Source: Spirochaetia bacterium
GTDB lineage: Bacteria; Spirochaetota; Spirochaetia; UBA9216
NCBI GenBank assembly: GCA_965140585.1
Contig: OZ223272.1
Coordinates: 192,001 to 256,000 of the forward strand
DNA length: 64,000 nucleotides
Reading direction: 5' to 3'
The notes beneath the pieces were generated by a model. The model ran no database searches and was not told the origin of the DNA. It saw only the letters and a program-made list of their open reading frames with translations. Positions 20,221 to 30,959 of the stretch are shown in pieces; the stretch's first letter is position 1; every line of letters starts with the position of its first letter. The position numbers and the translations under genes were made by a program.

Positions 20221-20243
20221 GTTGCGCCTTCCTCAAATTGGCA

Positions 20244-20271
20244 GCTTTGAAAAACTGCAGTTTTTCAAAGC
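20244..20271. repeat. Perfect 28-bp intergenic palindrome
   Basis: GCTTTGAAAAACTGCAGTTTTTCAAAGC. Confidence 0.8.
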
Positions 20272-20288
20272 CCACCTTAGATTTAAAA

Positions 20289-21773
20289 TCATTTATCACC
20301 GGATTCCATATCCAGCAGTTTATTTTTATCAAATTCATCTTTTTTCATAGAGCCGACCTGGTCTCCTTCAGCCATAACTATCAGCCGGTCTGACATACCA
20401 AGCAGCTCTTCCATCTTTGAAGAAATCATAATTATAGATTTACCCGCTTCTACAAGGCCGTTCATAATCTTGTAGATTTCCTGCTTTGCACCTACATCGA
20501 TACCACGGGTGGGTTCATCGAAGATAAGTATGTCGGATTCAGTAACCAGCCATTTTGCAAGGACAACCTTCTGCTGATTTTCTCCACTCAGATTTTTAAC
20601 CAGCTGTTCATGCGACGGAGATTTTATCATCAGATCTGCCGACTGTCGGTCAATAATCTCCTGCTCTTTTGCGGTATCCATTATGATGCCCTTTCGGAGC
20701 TTTTTGAGTATGGTCAGGGTAATATTATGCCTGACGGATTTTTCAAGAAGGACACCCTGCTGCTTCCGGTCTTCCGGAATAAGGGCAATGCCCTGACTGA
20801 CAGCATCCTTAGGTGAGTTAATGGAAACAGTCTTTCCGTTTCTGAATATACTTCCGCTGTCCGGACGTTCCGCCCCGTAAATCAGGCGAACAAGTTCTGT
20901 TCTTCCAGCGCCAACCAGACCGGCCAGCCCCAGGATTTCGCCTTTTTTCAAATCAAAACTAACATTCCTGACTCCGTTTCCAGTCAGGTTCTCAACCCTC
21001 AGAACTTCATCGCCTATCACCACATTCCGTTCCGGGTATGATTCTGAAACTTCCCGGCCTACCATATAGCTGATAAGATCCTTTCGGCTTGTATCTTCGA
21101 TATTAAGGGTTTTAATCTTTTTCCCGTCCCGCATTACAGTAACCCTGTCAGCCAGACTGAATATCTCCTCCATTCGATGGGAGACATAGATAACAAGAAC
21201 ACCCTCAGCCTTTAATCGGCGTATCAGTTTAAACAGAACCTCAGTCTCTGCTGTTGTTAGAGCAGCAGTGGGCTCATCCATAATCAGGACCTTTACATCC
21301 TTTGAGATAGCCTTGGCAATCTCGACAAGCTGCATATATGCGACAGTTAAATCCTTAACTCTAATTTCAGGATCTATCTGAATATTAAGGAATTCAAAAA
21401 TTGACCTCGTCTTTTCGATCATCCCCTTTTTATCAAGAAACAAGCCCTTCTTCTTATAATCTCAGAGAAATATATTCTCATATACTGCAAGATCGGAAGC
21501 AAGGTTAAATTCCTGATAAACGACTTCGATGCCTTTCTTCTTTATAAGTTCCGGTGAAATATTTTCTATCTTTTCATTCTCGAAAACAAGATTTCCACAT
21601 TCAGGTTTAATTGCTCCGGCAATCACCTTAATCATTGTGGACTTACCCGCTCCATTTTCTCCGACAAGGGCATGAACTTCTGCTTTATTAAAATCAACAG
21701 ATACATCATCAATGGCAACAACACCGGGATAAAGTTTAGTTACATTTTCCAATGATAATAAAAGGTCTGACAA
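20289..21773 (-). pseudogene. Monosaccharide ABC ATPase with an in-frame TGA (21462-21464) and degenerate motifs
   Basis: GENGAGKST...ENIFL*DYKKKGLFLDKK reads in one frame; signature LSGENQQK instead of LSGGNQQK; TTG start at 21773 after an RBS. Confidence 0.88.
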
Positions 21774-21891
21774 AGGCTCCCTCCTTATGATGAGCGGCTT
21801 CATGCTGTTTGATTTTGATAAAACAGTCTCCCCTTTTTCAGGGGAGACAATCTTAAATCTGAAAATTAACTGTTCAGCTTTCTTATTTATA

Positions 21892-22841
21892 TTATTTTGT
21901 ATATTCGCTGATATTGTCAATTGAGACAGGAATTACTCCCATAACAATTATGTCTTCGATAGGCTGATTTGTAGCGAGTTTATGGACGATGTCCATTGTC
22001 ATAACACCGGAAACCTTTGAATCACAGTCAACTGTTCCCCTGTATGCAGAAACCTTTGCAATATTGGCTACAGCAACTTCTGAAAGATCACTTCCGAAAA
22101 TTGCAAAATTCTCATCATCCTTACCTGCTGCCTTAACCGCTTCATAGGCGCCGAGAGCCGGTCCGTCACTTATACTTACAATAACATTAAGATTCGGATC
22201 TTTCTGAAGGAATATATCGGCAAGGTTTGCACCGTTAGCACTGTCAATGGCAGAACCCTTAACTACAATTTCCGCAGCGGGAGCAGTGGCACTAAGTGCA
22301 TCACGAATACCGTCAGCTCTGTCAATAAGAACCTGAACTACAGGAAACTCAATAAGACCTACACTTGCTTTTCCGCCTGAGTTCTCATTGATCCATTCAC
22401 CAGCCATGGTTCCACTTGCTTTACCAACAGCATAGTTGTCATTCTTGTACCAGCAGTCATAATTATTAAGCCCTATACCGTATGCAATAATTTTGATTCC
22501 CTGGTCCATTGCTTCTTTAGCAACCTTTGACATTGATTCTGCATCAAGAGCCTGAATGATAATTACATCACACTTTGCAGCAATGAAGTTCTGAACTGAA
22601 TTAATCTGTTTGTCCGGATCACCGGCAGCATCACTGAGCAGCAGATCGATTCCAAGCTTGTCAGCCTATACCTTTGCATCAGAAGCCATCTGAGCAATTA
22701 CTGTATCGGCAAGGTTGATAAGTGAAAAGCCTGCTTTGATTGTAGGCGCGGAACCACCGTCTTTACCCTCTGAGTCGCCATTTGCCCAGACCATTGAAAC
22801 TGATAAAATCAGTATTACAAGTAGAATACTGATTTTTTCAA
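21892..22841 (-). pseudogene. Monosaccharide ABC substrate-binding protein with a frameshift in the N-terminal A-run and an in-frame TAG (22666-22668)
   Basis: TTG 22841 after a GAGGAGG RBS needs one more A to read KKISILLVILILSVSMVWANGDSE; then ...DAKV*ADKLGIDLLLSDAAGDPDKQINSVQNFI... continues into ORF 21892..22533. Confidence 0.82.
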
Positions 22842-23065
22842 GTTAACTCCTCCTCTGTTTGGATTGCAAAATTATATACCCATCATGCGCATTTCGCAAG
22901 TATCTTTTTGTTTTTTTCTTTCTTTTTGATAATTTTTATAAAATGAATGATTATTTTCAGACTAAATAATCATATTGTTTTGATTCAAATTAAGAGATTC
23001 CGTTCACGGATTCTGCTGTGCTTCAGTTAGTGAGATGATAATAAAAATATTAACTTGAAATCCCG

Positions 23066-23854
23066 TCAGGAAAGTATGACTTCAATACCCTTTTCAGCAA
23101 GCTGCTTTTTGATAGAGTCAGGACAGCCTGTATCTGTCACCACAACATCGACCTTATTCAATTCGGAGCTGATAAAATTTGAAACATTTCCAAGCTTTGA
23201 AGAATCGGCCAGAACTATTACCTTGCCATGAGTATTTTCTATCATTGCCTGATTGATACTGCATTCCTGATAATTACTGGTTGTAAGACCTCTTTCCAGG
23301 TCCAGACCGTTTGTTCCGAGAAATGTATGGTTACTATAGAAGTTTTTAAGCGTATTTATTGGAATCTCACCGACAAAACTCCTGGACTGTTCGCGGTATT
23401 CCCCGCCTAAAAACATAAATTCGACCAGGGGATCATGTTCACAGTCTATTGCAGCAGCATTGTTCGTGATTATTTTAACCCTTTTATTTCTGAGAGCCTT
23501 AATAAAGAATAGAAGGGTTGAACCTGAGTTCATGAAAATTATCTCACCATCCTGAACAAGCTCAACAGCCTTCTCTGCTATGCGCTTTTTTTCCATTACA
23601 TTCAGAATATCTTTTTCATTGAATTGACGCTCGGGGACCTGCTCAACTCTCTGATTCATCGGCAGGGCTCCGCCGTGGGTTCTTACAAGAAAACCACGCT
23701 GATCAAGTACATCGAGGTCCCTTCTTATTGTAACTGCAGAAACATCAAGAGCCTCTGCAAGTTCATCAACACTGACGCTTCCCTTGTCTTTTAAAATATC
23801 AAGAATTCTGAGGTGTCTGTTATATACGAATGATCGACTGTTCATATTGTTCAT
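23066..23854 (-). CDS. DeoR/GlpR-family transcriptional regulator
   Basis: VSAVTIRRDL HTH, RTHGGA, NSGST and LADSSK motifs. Confidence 0.93.
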   Translation of the reverse strand: MNNMNSRSFVYNRHLRILDILKDKGSVSVDELAEALDVSAVTIRRDLDVLDQRGFLVRTHGGALPMNQRVEQVPERQFNEKDILNVMEKKRIAEKAVELVQDGEIIFMNSGSTLLFFIKALRNKRVKIITNNAAAIDCEHDPLVEFMFLGGEYREQSRSFVGEIPINTLKNFYSNHTFLGTNGLDLERGLTTSNYQECSINQAMIENTHGKVIVLADSSKLGNVSNFISSELNKVDVVVTDTGCPDSIKKQLAEKGIEVILS

Positions 23855-23897
23855 ATTAAATTGATTATATTGCTCATTTCAGGTAAAATCAACTCCA

Positions 23898-25398
23898 ATG
23901 TTTGAAATTGTCACTATTGATACAGGAACTACAAGTATACGAGGCATTCTCTTTGACCAATACGGTAAACAGATGCATGTCTGCCAGTTCGAAAAACCTC
24001 CCATCTATCATAAAAACGGATGGGTTGAACAGGATCCGCAGACCTGGCTGACAAAACTCTTTGAAATACTGAAGGATTTAAAAGCAAAGGCCGATTCCGC
24101 AGGAACCGATATCTCTGCAGTATCACTTACCTCACAGCGTTCTTCAGTAATTCCTGTAGACAATAGCGGAAAAGCATATATACCCCGCAATCATGTGGCA
24201 GGAGAAGAGAACAGAGTACTGCTGTGACTCCTTAAAAGAAGCTGAGGCTGACGTCTACAGAAGATGCGGCATGAGAATTTCCCCGGTATTCTCAGCTCCG
24301 AAAATAAACTGGATAAAAGATAATAAACCAGAAATTTACAGTAGCACTTACAAGTTCATTGGAATACAGGATCTGCTGCTTAATGCCCTGACAGGAAATT
24401 TTGTTACCGATGCAAGCCTTGCAAGCAGAACCTGCCTTCTCAATCTGCAGTCAAAACAGTGGGACAGGGAACTGATGCAAATCTTTGATATAGAAGAAGA
24501 TAAGCTTTGCAGTATTATTGAACCCGGCTCATCCGCAGGCGGACTGAGCGCAGAGGCGGCAGGGCTTTCGGGCCTTAGACAGAGTATTCCTGTTATTTCG
24601 GCCGGAGGCGATCAGCAGTGCGCGGCTCTCGGACAGGGCATGTTCGACAGCTCTACAGTAGTAGCAAATACCGGAACAGGTTCATATCTAATCGGCTTAA
24701 CTGCTGAGCCTGTGTTCGATCCGGACATGCGCCTTTCCTGCAATGTTTCTGCAGTGAAAAACAGTTTCATAATAGAGGCATCGGTACTCACCACCGGCTC
24801 AATCTACAGGTGGTTTTCAGAAAATTTCTACGACGGCAGCAAGAATTTTGAACTGCTCAACTCGGATGTTGAGCAAACCCCGGCCGGTGCAAACGGAGTA
24901 CTTCTGCTGCCCTACTTCAAAGACGCAGGTTCACCCATGTGGGAACCTTCTGCTACAGGCTCATTCCACGGCCTTACACTCGCAACCTCCAAAGCTGACA
25001 TGTGCAAAGCTGTAATAGAAAGCATTGCATTTGAGCTTGCTGACAACCTGAATCTTTTTTCAGATTTCATACCGGATATTCGAACAATATCAACAGCAGG
25101 AGGAATGACATCTTTCAGCCTTTTTAACCAGATTCAGGCAGATGCTGCCAACCGGAAAGTGATAAGATACCAATCTGATGAAGCGACATCGCTGGGAGCC
25201 TGGATATCAGCTGCATACGGGCTTGGACACTTTCCGGATTATAAAACAGCCTTTCAATCTGCAGTAGATGAGAAGCGATGCAGAGTCTTTGACCCGATAA
25301 GCAGTAATACTGAAATTTATTCAGGACTCATAAAAAAGAGGCAAAAACTTCTTAAAATCATTAAAAACAGCAATTTATACGATATCCTGACCGATTAG
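23898..25398 (+). pseudogene. FGGY-family carbohydrate kinase split by a frameshift near 24178
   Basis: IDTGTTS...WVEQDP...TSQRSS in ORF 23898..24227 and MWQEKR...GGDQQCA...NTGTGS in ORF 24193..25398; removing one base in GCATATATACCCC restores GKAIYPAIMWQ. Confidence 0.85.
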
Positions 25399-25472
25399 AC
25401 AGTCTACCCTGTCTTGACAATAAAAGTTACGGCACCTATTATCAGATAACTTTTATCTTTGAGGCAGAGCCC

Positions 25473-26207
25473 ATGTTTGAATCAGTCAGAGGAAATAAAA
25501 TCTCAAGTGAAATAATTTTTCAAATCCGGAATATGATCTTCAAAGGTAAATTAAACCCAGGCGACAGACTGCCTCCCGAAAATATCCTTACAGAACAGTT
25601 CAACGTAAGCAGACAGACTTTAAGAGAAGCACTGCGTGCGCTTGAGTTTATCGGACTGATAGAAATCAAGAAGGGTGCTGCCGGAGGTCCCTGTATAGCA
25701 GAAGTTGACAGTGTTGTTCCCCAGGAAATGCTTGCAAACTTTCTGTACTTCAAGAATCTCAGCGTAAACCAGGTTTGTGACTTCCGGAAAACAATCGAAC
25801 CCACTGCGGCAAGAATGGCAGCGGAATTGATCACCGATGAACAGCTTGAAGAGCTGAGACGTATAGTAGAAACCTCAAAAAAAATAGATTTTCAAAACGC
25901 CGAAATATGGAAAACCGGACGATACGACCTGATTTTTCATAAGATAATCGGACAGGCCAGCCAGAATCCACTGTTTATCATAATTATCGAATTCCTTGAA
26001 AATGTCATGGAAGAACTGAAGGTGAACCACATCATCAAACAGGAAGAATATGTGGAAATTTTCAGGTCTCATGAACAGATTTACTCTGCACTTAAAAACA
26101 GGGATGCCGACACTGCAGCCAGGGTAATGTATGACCACATAGTATCTGTTCAGGAGTACCTTAATGCCACAGGCGACCGCGGAGTCTGGGAAAATCCCAA
26201 AGCTTAA
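25473..26207 (+). CDS. GntR/FadR-family transcriptional regulator
   Basis: PGDRLPPE...VSRQTLREAL wHTH and FCD domain (DLIFH, HEQIY). Confidence 0.93.
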   Translation: MFESVRGNKISSEIIFQIRNMIFKGKLNPGDRLPPENILTEQFNVSRQTLREALRALEFIGLIEIKKGAAGGPCIAEVDSVVPQEMLANFLYFKNLSVNQVCDFRKTIEPTAARMAAELITDEQLEELRRIVETSKKIDFQNAEIWKTGRYDLIFHKIIGQASQNPLFIIIIEFLENVMEELKVNHIIKQEEYVEIFRSHEQIYSALKNRDADTAARVMYDHIVSVQEYLNATGDRGVWENPKA

Positions 26208-26284
26208 TCTCAATTTTTTCAGCATTTAACTTTTTCTCACCTATTTTTTCCTTATAAAAAACAATATCTCACCATCATAAATCC

Positions 26285-26372
26285 TTACCTATCAGATAAA
26301 TATTCTACTTTCCTTCTTTTTGACCGAATGGGTTCAATAAAATTTGACAGATACTTTAAATAGTGCAATAAT
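26285..26372 (+). promoter_or_regulatory. Promoter of the oxidoreductase operon with a candidate FadR operator
   Basis: TTGACA (26344-26349), 17 nt, TGc-AATAAT; imperfect palindrome TTACCT-atc-AGATAA at 26285-26299; related ATCAGATAA upstream of the regulator at 25441. Confidence 0.5.
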
Positions 26373-26418
26373 TACAATCATTACAATTTTTTTTAATCTT
26401 CAAAAGGAGGCCGAAGCT

Positions 26419-27891
26419 TTGGAAAGCATGAAACAAAATTTAGTTGGGATTGTCGGTGCAAAGAATGTTATCGATAGTCCGGAAGTAATTGAAAGTTATT
26501 CTAAAGACGAAAGTTTTGCTACACCTATTAAACCGTTCTTTGTTGTAAAACCCGAAAACGCAGAACAGGTAGAAAAATTAGTTAAGTGGGCAAACGAATC
26601 AAAAACGCCGCTTGTACCGGTAAGTTCAGGTGCACCCCACTTTAAGGGTGATACTGTACCAAGCGCACCACAGTCAATAATTGTTGATCTCAGCGGTATG
26701 AACAAGATTATCAACATTAACCGCCAGCAGAGAATGATTGTTATTGAGCCTGGAGTAACCTACGCTCAGCTGCAGCCCGCCCTGGCAAAAGAAGGACTGA
26801 CTCTCCCAACTTCTATAGCACCAAAAGCAAACAAATCGGTTATAACCAGTGTTCTTGAAATGGAACCAAGACTGAACAGTGTTCATCAGTTCAACTATAC
26901 TGAACCTATCAGATGTACAGAAGTTACATTTGGTGACGGTCATCAGATTTACACCGGTGAAGCCGGAAACGGTCCTAAGGATCTGCAGAAGCAGTGGGAT
27001 CTCGGAAAATGGCAGGTTCATTCAAACGGACCCAACATGACTGATATGCTCCGAATGGTTATGCAGGCTCAGGGTAGCATGGGAATTGTTACATGGGCAT
27101 CCATGAAATGTGAACTTCTCCCTACCATAAACAAGATGTACATGGTTCCTGCCAAGAAATCTACCGATCTTGAAGACTTTGTCTACAAAACACTCAGATT
27201 CAGATTCAGTGACAAGCTTTTCGTTATGAACAAAGCCTACCTTGCAAGCCTGATGGGCGAATCAAAGGAAGAGATTGCGTCTTTAAAGGCTGAGCTTCCT
27301 GCATGGGTAGCCCCTGTTGGAATTTCTGCTGATATTCTCCTTCCGGAAATGAAGGTAAAGGCACAGGAAGAAGACATTGCTGACATAGCACAGGAATGCG
27401 GACTTCAGTTCCTCAAAGCAGTTCCTGGAGCAGCAGGCGAAGATGTACTTGCAAAAGTTGCAAAACCATCAGGAGAAAAGTACTGGAAACAGACTCAGAA
27501 AGGTTCTTTCCAGGACATCTTCTTTGTAACCACTCTCGACAAGACTTCAACATTCATCAACAAGATGTATGAAATGGCTATAGATGCAGGTTACCCGACT
27601 GAAGACCTTGGTGTATATATCCAGCCTCAGCACATGGGCACTTCTGTACACCTTGAATTCAGTCTGCCTTATAACAAGGAAAACGCAAAAGAGGCTAAAA
27701 AAGTAAAAGCTCTCTACGTTGCAGCAAGTAAGGAAATGTCAAAACTCGGCGGTTACTACGCACGACCATACGACATCTGGGCCGGCATTCAGCTTAATAA
27801 GGATGCTCAGACATACAAGGTCCTCAGGGATCTTAAAGATGTTTTCGATCCGAACAACATCATGAATACTGGAAAACTTACAATAAAATAA
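26419..27891 (+). CDS. FAD-binding oxidoreductase (VAO/GlcD-like, FAD_binding_4)
   Basis: VVKPENAEQV..LVKWAN, IVDLSGMNKI, IEPGVTY, QGSMGIVT and KDVFDPNNIMNTGK; TTG start at 26419, 8 nt after AGGAGG (ORF track starts at 26344). Confidence 0.85.
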   Translation: MESMKQNLVGIVGAKNVIDSPEVIESYSKDESFATPIKPFFVVKPENAEQVEKLVKWANESKTPLVPVSSGAPHFKGDTVPSAPQSIIVDLSGMNKIININRQQRMIVIEPGVTYAQLQPALAKEGLTLPTSIAPKANKSVITSVLEMEPRLNSVHQFNYTEPIRCTEVTFGDGHQIYTGEAGNGPKDLQKQWDLGKWQVHSNGPNMTDMLRMVMQAQGSMGIVTWASMKCELLPTINKMYMVPAKKSTDLEDFVYKTLRFRFSDKLFVMNKAYLASLMGESKEEIASLKAELPAWVAPVGISADILLPEMKVKAQEEDIADIAQECGLQFLKAVPGAAGEDVLAKVAKPSGEKYWKQTQKGSFQDIFFVTTLDKTSTFINKMYEMAIDAGYPTEDLGVYIQPQHMGTSVHLEFSLPYNKENAKEAKKVKALYVAASKEMSKLGGYYARPYDIWAGIQLNKDAQTYKVLRDLKDVFDPNNIMNTGKLTIK

Positions 27892-27908
27892 TATTAGAAA
27901 CGGAGGAA

Positions 27909-29189
27909 ATGAGCATGGCCTTAAAAGATCATAGAGCTATGATGGAACGATGCAGCAGCTGCGCAAGCTGTAAATTCATTCCTTTTGATAAAATTAAAAG
28001 CCTGAGATTTGGAGAAAACTGTCCAAGTATCGGTTATTATAATTTCATGACCTACTCTGCACGCGGTCGTTACCAGTTAAGCCAGAGTCTTCTTGACGGA
28101 AGAGCTGAGCTGAACGACAAGGCAGCAGAAGTGATTCATTCATGTACTTCCTGCGGTGCATGTGACACTATGTGTAAGGTTACAAGATACAACCTTGAAC
28201 CGCTTGAGCACAATATCGAACAGAAAGCATACGCTGTTGAAAAGGGTGTAGTTCTTGAAGGACAGAAACCTGTAATTGAAAACCTTAAAAAAGAAAACAG
28301 CATGATTCCAGGAACAAAGAAAGCAAACAGATCGGACTGGGCAAAAGATCTTAAGATGAAAGATCTTTTCAAGGAACAGGGTGAAGTTGCATTCTTCCCA
28401 GGATGTAAATACAGCTACGATGAAAAACTTCAGAAAGTTGCCCAGAATGCAGTAAAACTTCTTCAGAGCGCGGGCGTTGATCTCGGGTACCTTGGTGCTG
28501 CAGACAACTGCTGTGCAGGAAGATCACATCAGATGGGCTTTTTCGATGAGTTCAAGGACAGAGCTGACTCAAACATCAAGGCTTTTAAGAAAGCCGGCGT
28601 TAGAACAATCGTTACTCCATGTTCCGACTGTTACCACGCTTTCAAAAGACAGTATGCAAAACTCGGTTTCGAAGTTGAAGTTCTTCACGTAGTAGAATAC
28701 ATCGACAGACTTATCGAAGATGGCAAAATCAAGTTCACAAAATCTGTTGATATGACAGTTACCTACCATGATCCATGTCACCTTGGAAGACTCGGTGAAA
28801 AATATGAAGAATGGAACGGTGTTGAAAAGAAAATCTTCAACCAGATTCAGATTTGGGAACCAAGACGACCTAGATACAACGGTGCTCATGGAATCTATGA
28901 TGCTCCGAGAAAGATCCTTGAAGCAATTCCCGGTGTTAAACTTAACGAAATGGAAAGAATCAGGGAATACTCATGGTGCTGTGGTGCAGGCGGCGGATGT
29001 AACGAATCCAATCCTGAATTCTCAAAATGGACCGCAGGCGAGAGAGTAGCCGAAGCAAATGCAACCGGCGCTGATGCAATGGTTACAGCTTGCCCCTGGT
29101 GTAAGGATAACTTCACAGGTACCGCAGATGAAGACGGCAACACAATCGATGTTCTGGATATCATCGAGCTTGTACAGCAGGCACTTTAA
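27909..29189 (+). CDS. Fe-S oxidoreductase (GlcF/HdrD-like: [4Fe-4S] motifs plus two CCG domains)
   Basis: CSSCASC...CP, CTSCGACDTMC, FFPGC, CCAG, CSDC, YHDPCHLGR, CCGAGGG and TACPWC. Confidence 0.9.
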   Translation: MSMALKDHRAMMERCSSCASCKFIPFDKIKSLRFGENCPSIGYYNFMTYSARGRYQLSQSLLDGRAELNDKAAEVIHSCTSCGACDTMCKVTRYNLEPLEHNIEQKAYAVEKGVVLEGQKPVIENLKKENSMIPGTKKANRSDWAKDLKMKDLFKEQGEVAFFPGCKYSYDEKLQKVAQNAVKLLQSAGVDLGYLGAADNCCAGRSHQMGFFDEFKDRADSNIKAFKKAGVRTIVTPCSDCYHAFKRQYAKLGFEVEVLHVVEYIDRLIEDGKIKFTKSVDMTVTYHDPCHLGRLGEKYEEWNGVEKKIFNQIQIWEPRRPRYNGAHGIYDAPRKILEAIPGVKLNEMERIREYSWCCGAGGGCNESNPEFSKWTAGERVAEANATGADAMVTACPWCKDNFTGTADEDGNTIDVLDIIELVQQAL

Positions 29190-29203
29190 TAGGAGGTAAA
29201 ATA

Positions 29204-30877
29204 ATGGCTTTTTCAAGAGAAATATACCAGGCCCTTGAAGATATTGTAGGAAAAAGAAACGTTTCTGAAGATATCGGGGTATGTGAAACATATAGAAGTA
29301 TTCCATCACAGAGTTCAGCTCACTATGGACCATCAGCAGTCTGGACTCCAATCCCACAGGCAGTAATTCTTCCTTCAACAACAGAAGAAGTTCAGCAGAT
29401 AGTTAAATTATGCAACAAGCACGATATTGAATTCAAAGCTGCTTCCACTTTCTGGTCAACAATGGGCCACATCGGTTCAGACTACGGGCTTCAGATTGAC
29501 CTCAGAAGAATGAAAAGCGTTGAAATTGATGTTAAAAACATGACAGCAGTCATTGAGCCCTATGCAATTGCAGCTACAGTTCAGGCAGAAGCAATGAAAG
29601 TGGGACTCAACCTGAATATCCCCGGTGTAGGATGTTCAAGTTCAACACTTGCAAGTACTGCAGGCTGGGTTGGATTCGGTCCCGGAACAATTTTCATGGG
29701 TTCAACTCCTGAAAACCTTCTGGCATCAGAATGGATTCTTCCTAACGGAGAGCTTCTTAAAACAGGTTCACTTGGATCAAGTGATGACTGGTTCTGCGGC
29801 GAAGGCCCCGGACCAAGCCAGAGAGGTATGCTCAGAGGTACTTTCGGAACTGCAGGTACATCAGGTATCTGTACAAAGATGGCAGTAAGACTTCACCCAT
29901 GGCCGGGTCCGAAAGACTTCCCGACAAGAGGAACAATACCCGCATACAGAGCCGATTTCGGTGACAACTTCAAATGCTACACAATGTGTTTCCCGGACTG
30001 GAAGGCATGGGCGCGAAGTGTTCAGTACTTCCATGAGAGTGACGTACTCTACCTTGGTCACAGACAGTTCAGCATGTTCGGTAGAAATCTTAAGGCAGCA
30101 ATGCTCAAGATTATCAACAGCCCTGAACTCCAGCTTTCAGACCTTGAAACAGTACTTGCAGACCCTGTGATCCAGAAAGAAAACGAAAGTATGAAACTCG
30201 ATTATCATATCGTAATTGCCGGTATGACTCAGAGAGACTTTGAATACAAGGAAGCAGCAGTTGACTACATCCTCGAGCAGACTGGCGGATGGAAGAATGA
30301 AATGATGCTTGATAAGGATATGATGGACTATGCCCTTCTTTACCTTACAAGACTCGGTCATAAGAACCTTAACTATGTTATGTGCGGTGCTTATGAAGGG
30401 ACATTCGGTCTTGCTTCTAACGTATGGAAAACTATCGAAGTTATCGAAGATGCAGTTGCAATAAAGAGAAAGTGGGAACTTGAGCATGACTCAATCGCAG
30501 CCACCGGTGGTGACTCAGCAATGGGTTCAACATCCGGTATCGGAGGCGGTGGAGCTACAGGCTGGGAGTTCTTTACAAACTTCGACTCATATGACAAAAA
30601 CTCCGTTAAAGGCACATGTGATTTTATGGACGGCAATCAGGAATTCCACAACAAGCACAGCTTCGGACCTGACTTCTGTAGATGGAACTCTGATGTACGC
30701 CATATGAACGGATACAGCTTTACCCAGGAAGAGCACGATGAACTCATGATTAAGGCCGCTCAGCCTTGGGTATATGCTTACCAGTACAAGATGCGGAAAG
30801 CAATTAACCCGAAAAACCTGTGCGGAAGCTACTTCAGGACACTTACCCCTGAAAAGCTTGAAGCATTGGAGAAATAA
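29204..30877 (+). CDS. Second FAD-binding oxidoreductase (VAO family)
   Basis: PQAVILPSTTEEVQQIVKLCN, IDLRRMK, ENLL..EWILPNGELLKTGS, GTSGICTK and C-terminal KAINPKN. Confidence 0.83.
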   Translation: MAFSREIYQALEDIVGKRNVSEDIGVCETYRSIPSQSSAHYGPSAVWTPIPQAVILPSTTEEVQQIVKLCNKHDIEFKAASTFWSTMGHIGSDYGLQIDLRRMKSVEIDVKNMTAVIEPYAIAATVQAEAMKVGLNLNIPGVGCSSSTLASTAGWVGFGPGTIFMGSTPENLLASEWILPNGELLKTGSLGSSDDWFCGEGPGPSQRGMLRGTFGTAGTSGICTKMAVRLHPWPGPKDFPTRGTIPAYRADFGDNFKCYTMCFPDWKAWARSVQYFHESDVLYLGHRQFSMFGRNLKAAMLKIINSPELQLSDLETVLADPVIQKENESMKLDYHIVIAGMTQRDFEYKEAAVDYILEQTGGWKNEMMLDKDMMDYALLYLTRLGHKNLNYVMCGAYEGTFGLASNVWKTIEVIEDAVAIKRKWELEHDSIAATGGDSAMGSTSGIGGGGATGWEFFTNFDSYDKNSVKGTCDFMDGNQEFHNKHSFGPDFCRWNSDVRHMNGYSFTQEEHDELMIKAAQPWVYAYQYKMRKAINPKNLCGSYFRTLTPEKLEALEK

Positions 30878-30911
30878 GTAGATTCTTTGAATCGTCGCCC
30901 GAACAATTTTG

Positions 30912-30944
30912 AAAGGAGATGCCCATTAGGGCATCTCCTTTTTT
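30912..30944 (+). terminator. Intrinsic terminator
   Basis: AAAGGAGATGCCC-atta-GGGCATCTCCTTTTTT. Confidence 0.9.
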
Positions 30945-30959
30945 ATGCTTTGAATCGTA

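Noticed and set aside
5738-21464. Alternative genetic code (UGA=Gly, table 25) or selenocysteine, suggested by two in-frame TGA codons at probable Gly positions
   Set aside because: Many intact genes end at TGA at the expected length, including ATGA overlaps (proC/proA, ferredoxin/aor). In-frame TAA and TAG occur as well, the positions are not Cys-equivalent, and neighbouring genes carry frameshifts and deletions.
22666-22668. Pyrrolysine or amber read-through in the SBP
   Set aside because: The same gene has an upstream frameshift and the whole locus is decayed; no pyl genes are present in the window.
24170-24195. Programmed frameshift in the FGGY kinase
   Set aside because: No canonical slippery heptamer or stimulatory structure; additional degenerate residues point to a pseudogene.
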